From positions 4,365 to 68,364 of the forward strand of contig JBJELB010000013.1 of NCBI GenBank assembly GCA_051878935.1: DNA of 64,000 bases. The letters run 5' to 3'. Source of the stretch: Lachnospiraceae bacterium (GTDB lineage: Bacteria; Bacillota; Clostridia; Lachnospirales; Lachnospiraceae). Below are positions 9,897-18,589 of the stretch, in pieces; within the stretch, counting starts at the first letter, position 1, and each line of letters opens with the position of its first letter. The notes below the pieces were generated by a model. The model did not search any database. It was not told the origin of the DNA and saw only the letters and a program-made list of their open reading frames with translations. The translations under genes and the position numbers were made by a program.

Positions 9897-11636
9897 CTAT
9901 TGTTCCCCATCATTTATGATGGTGTCACGAAGCTTATTGAGTGTCACTTTTGTTTCCGCAGTCGTTTCTCCGAGCAAACCTGCAATTTCCTGTGCGACCA
10001 TCATCTGTTTATCAATAATTTTCTGAGCCATATCAATGGTATCCATCTTAATCTGGTAGTTTTTCTTAATCGTTTCTTCCTGGTCGGAAATATTCTGGAA
10101 GATACCCAGAACATAATCCTGTTCAGGAACGTAGACGATAATCTGCAGCGTCGTCAGTTTATACTCCGGATATGTTATTTTCTTACCAATAATGCTCGTA
10201 TGGGTATTGTATACATATTCAAAATCTGCATGGTTGATAATCTCATACAGATACATATCCAACGCCTTTGCCCGTGCCACCTTAAAGTATTTCTCTGCTG
10301 CATGAGAGAATTCAACGATTTTCATCTCTTTATCAACAATAATAATCATGTTTGGCGAGGCATCTAAAACGACATTTGATAAAGATTCTGCACGGTCATG
10401 CATGTACGGAATACACATATTCCATTCCGCCTTACCCTGATAGGTTGCAATCGCCTTATCACGACAGGAAGGATAGCCACATGCACCACAGTTCAGTTCA
10501 TCGCTCTTCTTAGTCTTACCGATTCTTAAAAGAATCTCGCGAATTTCCTCCTCTGTCGGCATCTTTTCTTTCGGTGAACAATCCAGGAATTCTTTTCGAA
10601 TATCAATTTTCTTCAGATCAGTATATTCCTCTTCGCGAACCGGCTCTTTCGGAATATCTTCCTCCATATCCAGCTTGATGCGGAAACGGGAAAAATTATC
10701 CATTGTCTCCCTTACCGCAGGTCCCTTTACACAGCCACCGGTACATATATTCACCTCAATAAAACATCCATGAACCTCATCCTGTTCCATTCCTTTGAAC
10801 AGTTCCATACAGTTCTCAACTCCATGGACATAGAATTTGCGGTAACCATCCTTGCGTTTTTCCTCTTCCGACTTGCCTGCCATGACAGACTGAATCACAC
10901 CATTGGTTACCGGATAGAGACGATTTACACGAGGATTGGCATTATGAAAGTCCGTTGACTCCTGTTCAGAAACCACTATATTCTCTTCTGCCAACCACTG
11001 TTCAAGTTCTGTAAAATTCAATACCGCATCAATGGCTCCCTGACAACGAATATCTTCCAGAGCTTCTTTTTTCTTTGCAATACAAGGTCCTAAAAACACT
11101 ACTTTCGTATCAGCACCAAGTTCCTCTTTAATCAGACGTCCATGCGCGATCATAGGCGATACAACCGGTGCCATATATTTTGTTAAACTCGGAAAATACA
11201 TCTCTATCAAATCATTGGCTGCCGGACAGCAGGTCGTGATGATATTATCCATCTTACCTTCTTCCAGCAATTTCTGATAGGCATGCGTCACATAAGCAGC
11301 ACCTTCCGAGGTCTCCCTGATCTGTGAAAAGCCCAGCTTCATCAACGCAGTAATGACCTGCCGGGGATCTTTAAACTTAATCAAGCCAAGATACGACGGT
11401 GCCATCGATATGACAACCCTTTTGCCCTCACGGATAAACTCCTTTACCTGTTCTAAGTCGCTCTTGATGTATTTGGCATTCTGCGGACAGACCTCGAGAC
11501 ATTTACCACACAGGATACAGTGATCATCCATAATCTGTGCTGTCTCATCTTTGATCATAATCGATTTTACCTTACAGTTACGAACACATTTATAACAGTT
11601 CTTACACTTGGCTCCTTTAAAACCGATTACGCTCAT
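9897..11636 (-). CDS. hydS: Putative sensory [FeFe]-hydrogenase (HydS-like) with a C-terminal PAS domain
   Basis: 579 aa. It has an N-terminal 2x[4Fe-4S] motif ('CKNCYKCVRNC', 'CILCGKCLEVCP'). H-domain motifs are 'TTCCP', 'GPCIAKKKE' and the variant L3 'EVNICTGGCVKGP'. An extra Cys cluster 'CGACGYPSC' is followed by a PAS-like C-terminus. Confidence 0.85.
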   Translation of the reverse strand: MSVIGFKGAKCKNCYKCVRNCKVKSIMIKDETAQIMDDHCILCGKCLEVCPQNAKYIKSDLEQVKEFIREGKRVVISMAPSYLGLIKFKDPRQVITALMKLGFSQIRETSEGAAYVTHAYQKLLEEGKMDNIITTCCPAANDLIEMYFPSLTKYMAPVVSPMIAHGRLIKEELGADTKVVFLGPCIAKKKEALEDIRCQGAIDAVLNFTELEQWLAEENIVVSEQESTDFHNANPRVNRLYPVTNGVIQSVMAGKSEEEKRKDGYRKFYVHGVENCMELFKGMEQDEVHGCFIEVNICTGGCVKGPAVRETMDNFSRFRIKLDMEEDIPKEPVREEEYTDLKKIDIRKEFLDCSPKEKMPTEEEIREILLRIGKTKKSDELNCGACGYPSCRDKAIATYQGKAEWNMCIPYMHDRAESLSNVVLDASPNMIIIVDKEMKIVEFSHAAEKYFKVARAKALDMYLYEIINHADFEYVYNTHTSIIGKKITYPEYKLTTLQIIVYVPEQDYVLGIFQNISDQEETIKKNYQIKMDTIDMAQKIIDKQMMVAQEIAGLLGETTAETKVTLNKLRDTIINDGEQ

Positions 11637-11878
11637 GCATCAAGCCTCCTTAACACTTCTTCACGGAAGAAACGTTCTGTGTCATCCGGTGTCAGGGAAA
11701 ACAGTTCTTCGTCTATTTTTACACATACACCCTGCACACATTGTCCCATACAAAACGAACCGTTCAATTCTACTTTATCAGAAACGCCCTCTTTTTTGAT
11801 TAACTCTGTCAATTTTTCCACCACAGTTCTTGACCCCTTTAAATGGCAGGAACTTCCAATACAAATCGTAATTACCAT
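11633..11878 (-). CDS. Thioredoxin-like [2Fe-2S] ferredoxin (NuoE/HydC-like)
   Basis: 81 aa counted from the ATG at 11878 (RBS GGAGGAG). The Cys pattern is 'CIGSSC...CMGQC'. The stop overlaps the hydS start (ATGA-type coupling). The longer track ORF start at 11992 has no RBS. Confidence 0.7.
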   Translation of the reverse strand: MVITICIGSSCHLKGSRTVVEKLTELIKKEGVSDKVELNGSFCMGQCVQGVCVKIDEELFSLTPDDTERFFREEVLRRLDA

Positions 11879-11928
11879 ACTCCTATCTCCTCCTATATGT
11901 ATACACAATATGTTACTTAATTTTACCA

Positions 11929-11964
11929 TAAAATAGGAAATGGAACAAGCCCTAAGGCTTGTCC
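11929..11964 (-). terminator. Intrinsic terminator between the APH-like gene and the ferredoxin-hydS operon
   Basis: On the minus strand: GGACAAGCC-TTAG-GGCTTGTTC followed by a T-rich tract. Confidence 0.55.
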
Positions 11965-11984
11965 CACGCTTAATTATTCCGCAA

Positions 11985-12731
11985 TTATTCACACTCCATG
12001 ATCTGAGACCATTTCAATAATAATTCTCTTTCTTCCGGATGACCGAGTGTCAGTCTGGCAGCTGCAACAATTGGAATCCACGCCTGTACGTTACGTTTGC
12101 TGATACCACTCTGTTCACAGAATTCTTTCAAGAACTTATCTGCTGTTTCGATGGATGTGAGTGCCAGTAAAAGATACGTATTAGCAGCATCTGCACTTGC
12201 ATTACCTCTGGTAGCATTTACCCAGTTTAAGATATACGCTTTACCATCCTTAATCATGATATTCTTCGGCTCAAAGCTTCCGTGACACAGCTTAATGTGC
12301 TTCGGAACACTATCTAAATGAGCTAACAAATCGTATCTGGTAACATCATCAATGCTTGCCACTTCATTAATCTGTCGGCGAAGACGATTACGGTACTCAT
12401 GGAACAAAGGCACCTGTACTTTATGAATATCATTCATGATACTTACCATCATTTCAATATATTCATCTTTCTTTTCCGGATTTTCTTCCATCAACTGCTC
12501 TAAATTCTTACCTTCAATCAATTCCATTACGATGGCCCATTTCCCATCGATTACTTCAATCGCCTCAATCTTCGGCATATTAAAACCGAGCTCCTCTACG
12601 CGGGCATGTGTCAATGCCTCGCGAAGTGCTTTTGTTTTGCTATGAGGGTCATGAAAAACTTTGATGGCTTTTCCATCCTGCTCATAAACATCTGCAACCT
12701 TACCTTCTGCAATTAAATTTGTTAATTTCAT
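11985..12731 (-). CDS. APH/choline-kinase-fold phosphotransferase-like protein with degenerate catalytic residues
   Basis: 248 aa from the ATG at 12731 (RBS GGGAGGA 7 nt upstream). It has the 'AIKVF' Lys. The Brenner motif reads 'HGSFEPKN' where HxDxxxxN is expected, and 'ILNW' stands where (I/V)DW/DFG is expected. Confidence 0.75.
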   Translation of the reverse strand: MKLTNLIAEGKVADVYEQDGKAIKVFHDPHSKTKALREALTHARVEELGFNMPKIEAIEVIDGKWAIVMELIEGKNLEQLMEENPEKKDEYIEMMVSIMNDIHKVQVPLFHEYRNRLRRQINEVASIDDVTRYDLLAHLDSVPKHIKLCHGSFEPKNIMIKDGKAYILNWVNATRGNASADAANTYLLLALTSIETADKFLKEFCEQSGISKRNVQAWIPIVAAARLTLGHPEERELLLKWSQIMECE

Positions 12732-12750
12732 AGTTGTATCCTCCCAATGA

Positions 12751-15378
12751 TTATTTGGAACCATAATATGCTTTTAAATACATTTCTTTCATCTGGCTCA
12801 TTAATGGATATACCGGGTTGGCACCTGTACACTGATCGTCAAATGCCTGCTCAACCATCTCATCCAATGTCTCTAAGAAATACTGCTCATCTACACCATA
12901 ATCAGCGATTGTCTTTTTGATACCTACGCGTTCTTTTAATTCTTCAATCTTAGCAATGAATTTCTCAAGTGTGTCTTCGTCATTCTTACCTACTACTCCA
13001 CAGAAGTTCGCACACTCAACGTAACGCTCCAATGTATGTGGGTATTGATATTGTGAGAATGTTCCCATCTTGTCAGGGCATGTGTTCGCATTAAATCTCA
13101 TGATTTCTGTGATTAACAATGCATTTGCCACACCGTGTGGAAGGTGATGGAAAGCACCAAGTTTATGTGCCATAGAGTGGCATACACCAAGGAATGCATT
13201 TGCAAATGCCATACCGGCCATAGTAGAAGCATCTGCCATCTTCTCACGTGCGATTGGGTCTGCTGCACCATTCTCATATGCGCTTGGAAGATATGTGAAA
13301 ATATTCTTCATTGCTTTTAATGCAAGACCATCTGTATAATCGGTTGCCATGATAGAAGCATATGCCTCTAATGCATGGGTCAGGGCATCGATACCTGATG
13401 CACTTGTTAATCCCTTTGGCTGATTCATCATCATATCTGCATCGATGATAGCCATATTAGGAAGTAATTCATAATCTGCTAATGGATATTTATGTCCTGT
13501 GCTTTCATCTGTGATAACTGCGAACGGAGTAACCTCAGAGCCTGTACCGGATGAAGTAGGAACAGCAATAAAGAATGCTTTCTCACCCATCTTAGGGAAA
13601 GTATAAACACGTTTACGGATATCCATGAAACGCATAGCCAGGTCTAAGAAGTTTACATCCTCATGCTCGTACATTACCCACATAATCTTAGCTGCGTCCA
13701 TTGCAGAACCACCACCGATTGCAATGATACAATCCGGTTCAAAGCTACGCATCTGTTCTGCACCTTCTTTTGCACATGCAAGTGTCGGGTCCGGAGCAAC
13801 ATTATAGAATGTTGTGTGCTGGATGTTCATCTTATCCAATTCGTCTGTCACAACTTTTGTATAACCATTTTTGTATAAGAAGCTGTCCGTTACGATGAAT
13901 ACTTTTTTCTTGCCCATGACTTTATCTAATTCAGCAAGAGCAACCTTTAAACAGCCTTTTTTGAAGTAAACCTTCTGAGGTGTTCTAAACCACAACATAT
14001 TTTCTCTCCTCTCAGCAACTGTCTTGATATTCAATAAGTGTTTTACGCCTACGTTCTCAGAAACGGAGTTACCGCCCCAGGAACCACAACCAAGTGTCAA
14101 AGATGGAGTTGTTGCGAAGTTATATAAATCACCAATACCACCATGAGAAGATGGAGTATTTACAAGGATACGGCAGGCTTTCATCGCTGCTGCATGTTTT
14201 GCCATCTTATCCTGTGCAATACCTACATTACAATAAAGAGCTGCTGTATGACCGAATCCGCCATCTGCTACCAGCTGAGCTGCTTTATCAAGAGCTTCGT
14301 CGAAATCTTTTGCTTTGTACATAGCCAGTACAGGAGATAATTTCTCATGAGCAAATTCCTCTTCGATATCGACAGAGTCAACCTCACCAATTAAGATTTT
14401 TGTCTTCTCAGGAACATCTACACCGGCTAATGCTGCGATGGTATGTGCTGACTGACCAACAATCTTAGCGTTTAATGCACCGTTGATAAGGATTGTCTTG
14501 CGAACCTTATCTAACTCCTCGCCTTTTAAGAAGTAACATCCGCGTTTTGCAAACTCATCCTTAATCTCTTTATAAAGCTTATCAAGTACAATAACAGACT
14601 GCTCGGAAGCACAAATCATACCATTATCAAATGTTTTTGAATGAATGATAGAACTTACTGTTAACTGAACATCTGCTGTATCATCAATTACAACCGGAGT
14701 ATTACCTGCACCTACACCCAATGCCGGTTTACCTGAAGAGTAAGCTGCACGCACCATACCAGGACCACCTGTAGCCAGAATACAATCTGCTTCAGCCATA
14801 ACCTGATTGGTTAATTCAATAGAAGGAACATCAATCCATCCGATGATACCTTCCGGAGCGCCTGCTGCTACTGCTGCCTCTAAAACAATCTTAGCTGCTG
14901 CTATCGTAGATGCCTTTGCACGTGGATGTGGGGAAATAATAATTGCATTTCTTGTTTTCAAAGAAATCAATGTTTTAAAAATTGCTGTTGATGTTGGGTT
15001 TGTTGTAGGAATAACAGCTGCAATTACACCCAAAGGCTCTGCTATCTTCTTCACACCCATCTGTGGGTCTTCTTCTACAACACCACAGGTTTTTGTATCT
15101 TTATAGTAATTGTAGATATACTCTGATGCATAATGGTTTTTAATTACCTTATCTTCTACAATACCCATTCCTGTTTCTTCTACTGCCATTTTTGCAAGTG
15201 GAATTCTTGCCTTGTTTGCAGCCATAGCTGCTGCTTTAAAAATCGCATCTACCTGTTCCTGTGTATAGGTAGCAAATTGCTGCTGAGCTGCTCTTAATTC
15301 CTGTAAACGAATCGTCAGAGCTTCAACGCTGTCTACGATTGCTGGACTTACTGGTTTTGTTTCTGCTTTCTTAGGCAT
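12751..15378 (-). CDS. adhE: Bifunctional acetaldehyde-CoA/alcohol dehydrogenase
   Basis: 875 aa with an N-terminal ALDH domain and a C-terminal iron-ADH domain, matching AdhE along its whole length. Confidence 0.97.
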   Translation of the reverse strand: MPKKAETKPVSPAIVDSVEALTIRLQELRAAQQQFATYTQEQVDAIFKAAAMAANKARIPLAKMAVEETGMGIVEDKVIKNHYASEYIYNYYKDTKTCGVVEEDPQMGVKKIAEPLGVIAAVIPTTNPTSTAIFKTLISLKTRNAIIISPHPRAKASTIAAAKIVLEAAVAAGAPEGIIGWIDVPSIELTNQVMAEADCILATGGPGMVRAAYSSGKPALGVGAGNTPVVIDDTADVQLTVSSIIHSKTFDNGMICASEQSVIVLDKLYKEIKDEFAKRGCYFLKGEELDKVRKTILINGALNAKIVGQSAHTIAALAGVDVPEKTKILIGEVDSVDIEEEFAHEKLSPVLAMYKAKDFDEALDKAAQLVADGGFGHTAALYCNVGIAQDKMAKHAAAMKACRILVNTPSSHGGIGDLYNFATTPSLTLGCGSWGGNSVSENVGVKHLLNIKTVAERRENMLWFRTPQKVYFKKGCLKVALAELDKVMGKKKVFIVTDSFLYKNGYTKVVTDELDKMNIQHTTFYNVAPDPTLACAKEGAEQMRSFEPDCIIAIGGGSAMDAAKIMWVMYEHEDVNFLDLAMRFMDIRKRVYTFPKMGEKAFFIAVPTSSGTGSEVTPFAVITDESTGHKYPLADYELLPNMAIIDADMMMNQPKGLTSASGIDALTHALEAYASIMATDYTDGLALKAMKNIFTYLPSAYENGAADPIAREKMADASTMAGMAFANAFLGVCHSMAHKLGAFHHLPHGVANALLITEIMRFNANTCPDKMGTFSQYQYPHTLERYVECANFCGVVGKNDEDTLEKFIAKIEELKERVGIKKTIADYGVDEQYFLETLDEMVEQAFDDQCTGANPVYPLMSQMKEMYLKAYYGSK

Positions 15379-15412
15379 TACATTGTCCTCCTTGTAATAA
15401 ACAATTCTATCT

Positions 15413-15430
15413 TTGTTAATTTTTTAACAT
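15413..15430 (-). promoter_or_regulatory. Candidate Rex operator in the adhE leader
   Basis: The minus strand reads ATGTTAAAAAATTAACAA, a 17/18 match to the Clostridial Rex consensus TTGTTAANNNNTTAACAA. It sits 14-31 nt downstream of the -10 box. Confidence 0.6.
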
Positions 15431-15443
15431 GTTCACGACAACG

Positions 15444-15472
15444 ATAATATCACTTCGTTAAAATATTGTCAA
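15444..15472 (-). promoter_or_regulatory. Sigma-A promoter of adhE
   Basis: On the minus strand: TTGACA (15467-15472), 17-nt spacer, TATTAT (15444-15449). Confidence 0.6.
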
Positions 15473-15488
15473 GGCACAATTTATTTTT

Positions 15489-17381
15489 TTATAAATCATA
15501 CGCTGTATGCATATACCGTTCCGCTTCCTGCCAGCCGACCACAAAAGACGTCCCTTTCGCACAAAATACAGAACCTGCAGGGTTTTCCAGGTCGCTATCA
15601 CAATCATATCCAATCTCAGCTATAACTTCTTCTGCAATGTCACACACTTCATAACCATCTGCCACATAGCTCATACTACCTGTTCCACCCGTAAAAGACA
15701 ACAGTTGCTGCTGATAATCCATAAAGCTTTCCACCGGCCCCCTGCCCTTAATATACATCATCGATTCCAGCATCTGAGGTGCTTCGAATATTCCCCTCAG
15801 CTTTGTAATATCCGACATCACTCGTCCGGCATATTCCTGCGATACATAAATATCAAACCGATACCACGGCTCAAGTAGAACGGATTCGGCTTTACACAGT
15901 CCATGCCGTACTGCTCTGTATGTGGCTTCTCGAAAATCGCCTCCCTCCGTATGTTTTAAATGTGCCCGCCCATCCTTTAAGACAACCTTTACATCAGTCA
16001 ACGGTGAACCGGTCAGTACACCGACATGTTCTTTCTCAAAAATATGGGTTTTGATCAGATTCTGATAATTCGCACCCAGAGTATCTACATGGCACACACT
16101 TTCAAACGTAATCCCACTGCCCCGCTCTCCCGGTTCTAAGGCAATCTGAACCTCTGCATAATGACGGAGCGGTTCAAAATGTCCATAGCCGGTTACCGGT
16201 GCAGCAATCGTTTCACGATATTCAATGGTCGGTTTCTCAAAACGGACATGGAAACCAAAACGTTTCGGAATCATCTCTTCCAAAACCTCTAACTGAATCT
16301 CACCCATCACATGGATCCGCAATTCCCGTGTCCGCCGTTCATAGCTCACTCTCAGCATAGGATCCTCGTCTGTCAGCATCAACAGCTGCCTGTAACAACG
16401 CTCCGGCTCCTCGTCATCCAGCACAACAATCTTCGATTGCAGGGCTGGCGAAAAGAAACTTTTTGAATGCCGATTCTCCATTGAAACACCTACTCTTATC
16501 ATATCCCCGCTACATGTTTTTTTCAAGCCTGTGGCTGCAATTATTTCACCGGATTTTGCCACATTTCCGGATACAAACTGTCTGCCGCGGTAACGACGAA
16601 TTTCATTGATTTTTTCCTCCGATTTCGTCTCACCTTCTTGATAAGAAAGGACATCTTTTACCGCCAGTTGACCGGACAGCACCTTTAGAAAAGTCAGACG
16701 GTTTCCTTTCTCATCATGACGAATCTGATATACCTGTCCAACAAAAGAATCTGTTTCTTTTTCTTCATAATTTGTACCAGTCAATACAGATAACCCATTC
16801 AGGAAGAATTCGATTCCTTCATCTTTTAACGCAGAACCGTAAAAGACAGGATAACACTCTTGTTCCCGATATAACTCCAGCCACTCTTCTCGAAACTCCT
16901 CTATATCCTTTTGATTCTGAATTAACAGAATATCACCGGACAGCTTCTGTTCAATATCTGTCATAACTCCTTCCAGATGTTCCCGTCCAACATCCATCTT
17001 ATTGATAAAGTAAATCGTTGGTATCCGATATTCCTTTAATAAACGAAAAAGAGAAACCGTATGTGCCTGAACTCCTGCTGTCGCACTGATCAGCAAAACC
17101 GCATAGTCCAGTACCTGCAAAACACGCTCTGTTTCACAGGCAAAATCCATATGTCCCGGTGTATCCAACAGATAATAGTCATCCCCGCGATAAGTAAAAC
17201 CGGAAATGCCAGAAAATATCGTAATTCCCCGCCTCTGTTCCATCTCATCTGAGTCCAACGAAGAGGTTCCGGTATCTACACGTCCAAGAGTACGCGTTGT
17301 CCCTGTTTTATATAAGATTTGTTCTGAAAAAGTAGTCTTACCGGCATCTACGTGGGCCAAAATCCCTATTGTTTTCTTCAT
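15489..17381 (-). CDS. Translational GTPase of the EF-G/Tet(M)-like ribosomal-protection family (divergent)
   Basis: 630 aa with G motifs 'AHVDAGKTT', 'DTPGH' and 'NKMD'. Length and domain order are like Tet(M)/Tet(W), but by eye it is only distantly similar to them. Confidence 0.8.
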   Translation of the reverse strand: MKKTIGILAHVDAGKTTFSEQILYKTGTTRTLGRVDTGTSSLDSDEMEQRRGITIFSGISGFTYRGDDYYLLDTPGHMDFACETERVLQVLDYAVLLISATAGVQAHTVSLFRLLKEYRIPTIYFINKMDVGREHLEGVMTDIEQKLSGDILLIQNQKDIEEFREEWLELYREQECYPVFYGSALKDEGIEFFLNGLSVLTGTNYEEKETDSFVGQVYQIRHDEKGNRLTFLKVLSGQLAVKDVLSYQEGETKSEEKINEIRRYRGRQFVSGNVAKSGEIIAATGLKKTCSGDMIRVGVSMENRHSKSFFSPALQSKIVVLDDEEPERCYRQLLMLTDEDPMLRVSYERRTRELRIHVMGEIQLEVLEEMIPKRFGFHVRFEKPTIEYRETIAAPVTGYGHFEPLRHYAEVQIALEPGERGSGITFESVCHVDTLGANYQNLIKTHIFEKEHVGVLTGSPLTDVKVVLKDGRAHLKHTEGGDFREATYRAVRHGLCKAESVLLEPWYRFDIYVSQEYAGRVMSDITKLRGIFEAPQMLESMMYIKGRGPVESFMDYQQQLLSFTGGTGSMSYVADGYEVCDIAEEVIAEIGYDCDSDLENPAGSVFCAKGTSFVVGWQEAERYMHTAYDL

Positions 17382-17405
17382 ACTCCCTCCAGGTAAATTG
17401 ATATC

Positions 17406-17817
17406 TCTCGCCGCGCCCCCTTCGGGAGCTGTCCGTGCCTATGTATTTTCGCAGACGCACAGTTTTTAGAAAGACACACACTCTGATGATGTCACGAAAC
17501 GCGCCGCTGAGTTGTCCGAGTCAACCGCTAGTGATTTCAGTATCTTTTTTAGGCACACTCCCGTTCGGTTTCCAAATCGACGGGAATTGCCCGCATGAAA
17601 ATCCCTTCGGGATGGCGGGCAAGTAGGCAATCACTTGCGTTGCAAGTGGTTACCAAAAACGACCAAAAAAAGATACATAAAACACTGCTGGTTGACGAGT
17701 TGGCTCATAAGGCGCGTAATCAAACGTGACAGAACAGAGTGTGATGTCTTTCTTAAAACTGAAAACGCGCAAGAAAATACATAGGCACGGACAGCTCCCG
17801 AAAGGGGCGCGGCGAGA
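17406..17817 (-). repeat. Hairpin-forming repeat element, copy B (complete, 412 bp)
   Basis: The terminal 45 nt (17406-17450) are complementary to 17773-17817 with one mismatch. The arms continue as an imperfect inverted repeat up to a ~109-nt asymmetric centre (17554-17662). Orientation is inverted relative to copies A and C. Confidence 0.9.
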
Positions 17818-17833
17818 TTATAAATATGTATAC

Positions 17834-17864
17834 GAAAAGGCGGGTACCTCGTATCCGCCTTTTC
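17834..17864. terminator. Bidirectional intrinsic terminator downstream of the ABC ATPase gene
   Basis: AAAAGGCGGGTA...TATCCGCCTTTT hairpin flanked by A/T runs, 3 nt after the stop at 17867. Confidence 0.8.
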
Positions 17865-17866
17865 TT

Positions 17867-18589
17867 CTATAATACTTTACTTAAGAATCCTTTTGTTCTT
17901 TCATGCTGTGGATGATCAAATACATCCTCCGGTTTTCCTTCTTCCACAATGATGCCGCCATCCATAAAGACTACGCGGTCTGCCACCTCGCGGGCAAATC
18001 CCATCTCATGGGTTACAACTACCATGGTCATACCCTCACTGGCCAATTGTTTCATAACGTCCAGTACTTCGCCAACCATTTCCGGGTCAAGTGCAGAAGT
18101 TGGTTCATCAAATAGCATTACATGTGGATTTAGACATAACGCTCTGGCAATCGCCACACGCTGCTTCTGTCCACCGGACAATTGAACCGGGTAATTTCCT
18201 GCCTTATCCGCTACGCCTACACGTTCCAGCAGTGTCATCGCCCTTTCGGTAGCTTCCTGCTTTGTCATTAGCCCCAATTTTACAGGTGACAAGGTCACGT
18301 TTTCTAAAATGGTCAAATGTGGGAACAGGTTGAATTGCTGGAATACCATTCCACAATCACGTCGGAACAGATTGATATTCGTCTTACGATCCGTGACATT
18401 GACTCCATCAATCACTATCTCGCCTTGTGTTGGAATCTCCAGAAGATTCAAACAGCGAAGAAATGTGCTTTTACCGGAACCGGACGGACCGATGACACAA
18501 ACGCATTCCCCTTTTGCTATATCAATATCAATACCCTCTAATACTTTGAGGTCACCAAAATATTTATGCAACGATTTAACGTGTATCAC
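17867..18589 (-). CDS. Polar amino-acid ABC transporter ATP-binding protein
   Basis: Walker A 'GPSGSGKST', signature 'LSGGQKQR', Walker B '[11 protein letters not shown]'. I chose the GTG start at 18589 (RBS AAAGGAGG), which overlaps the permease stop. Confidence 0.93.
   Translation of the reverse strand: MIHVKSLHKYFGDLKVLEGIDIDIAKGECVCVIGPSGSGKSTFLRCLNLLEIPTQGEIVIDGVNVTDRKTNINLFRRDCGMVFQQFNLFPHLTILENVTLSPVKLGLMTKQEATERAMTLLERVGVADKAGNYPVQLSGGQKQRVAIARALCLNPHVMLFDEPTSALDPEMVGEVLDVMKQLASEGMTMVVVTHEMGFAREVADRVVFMDGGIIVEEGKPEDVFDHPQHERTKGFLSKVL

Noticed and set aside
15489-17381. Annotating the GTPase as a tetracycline resistance gene
   Set aside because: I could see only family-level similarity. 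No mobile-element context is present and similarity to known Tet proteins looks low. Resistance cannot be claimed without a database comparison.
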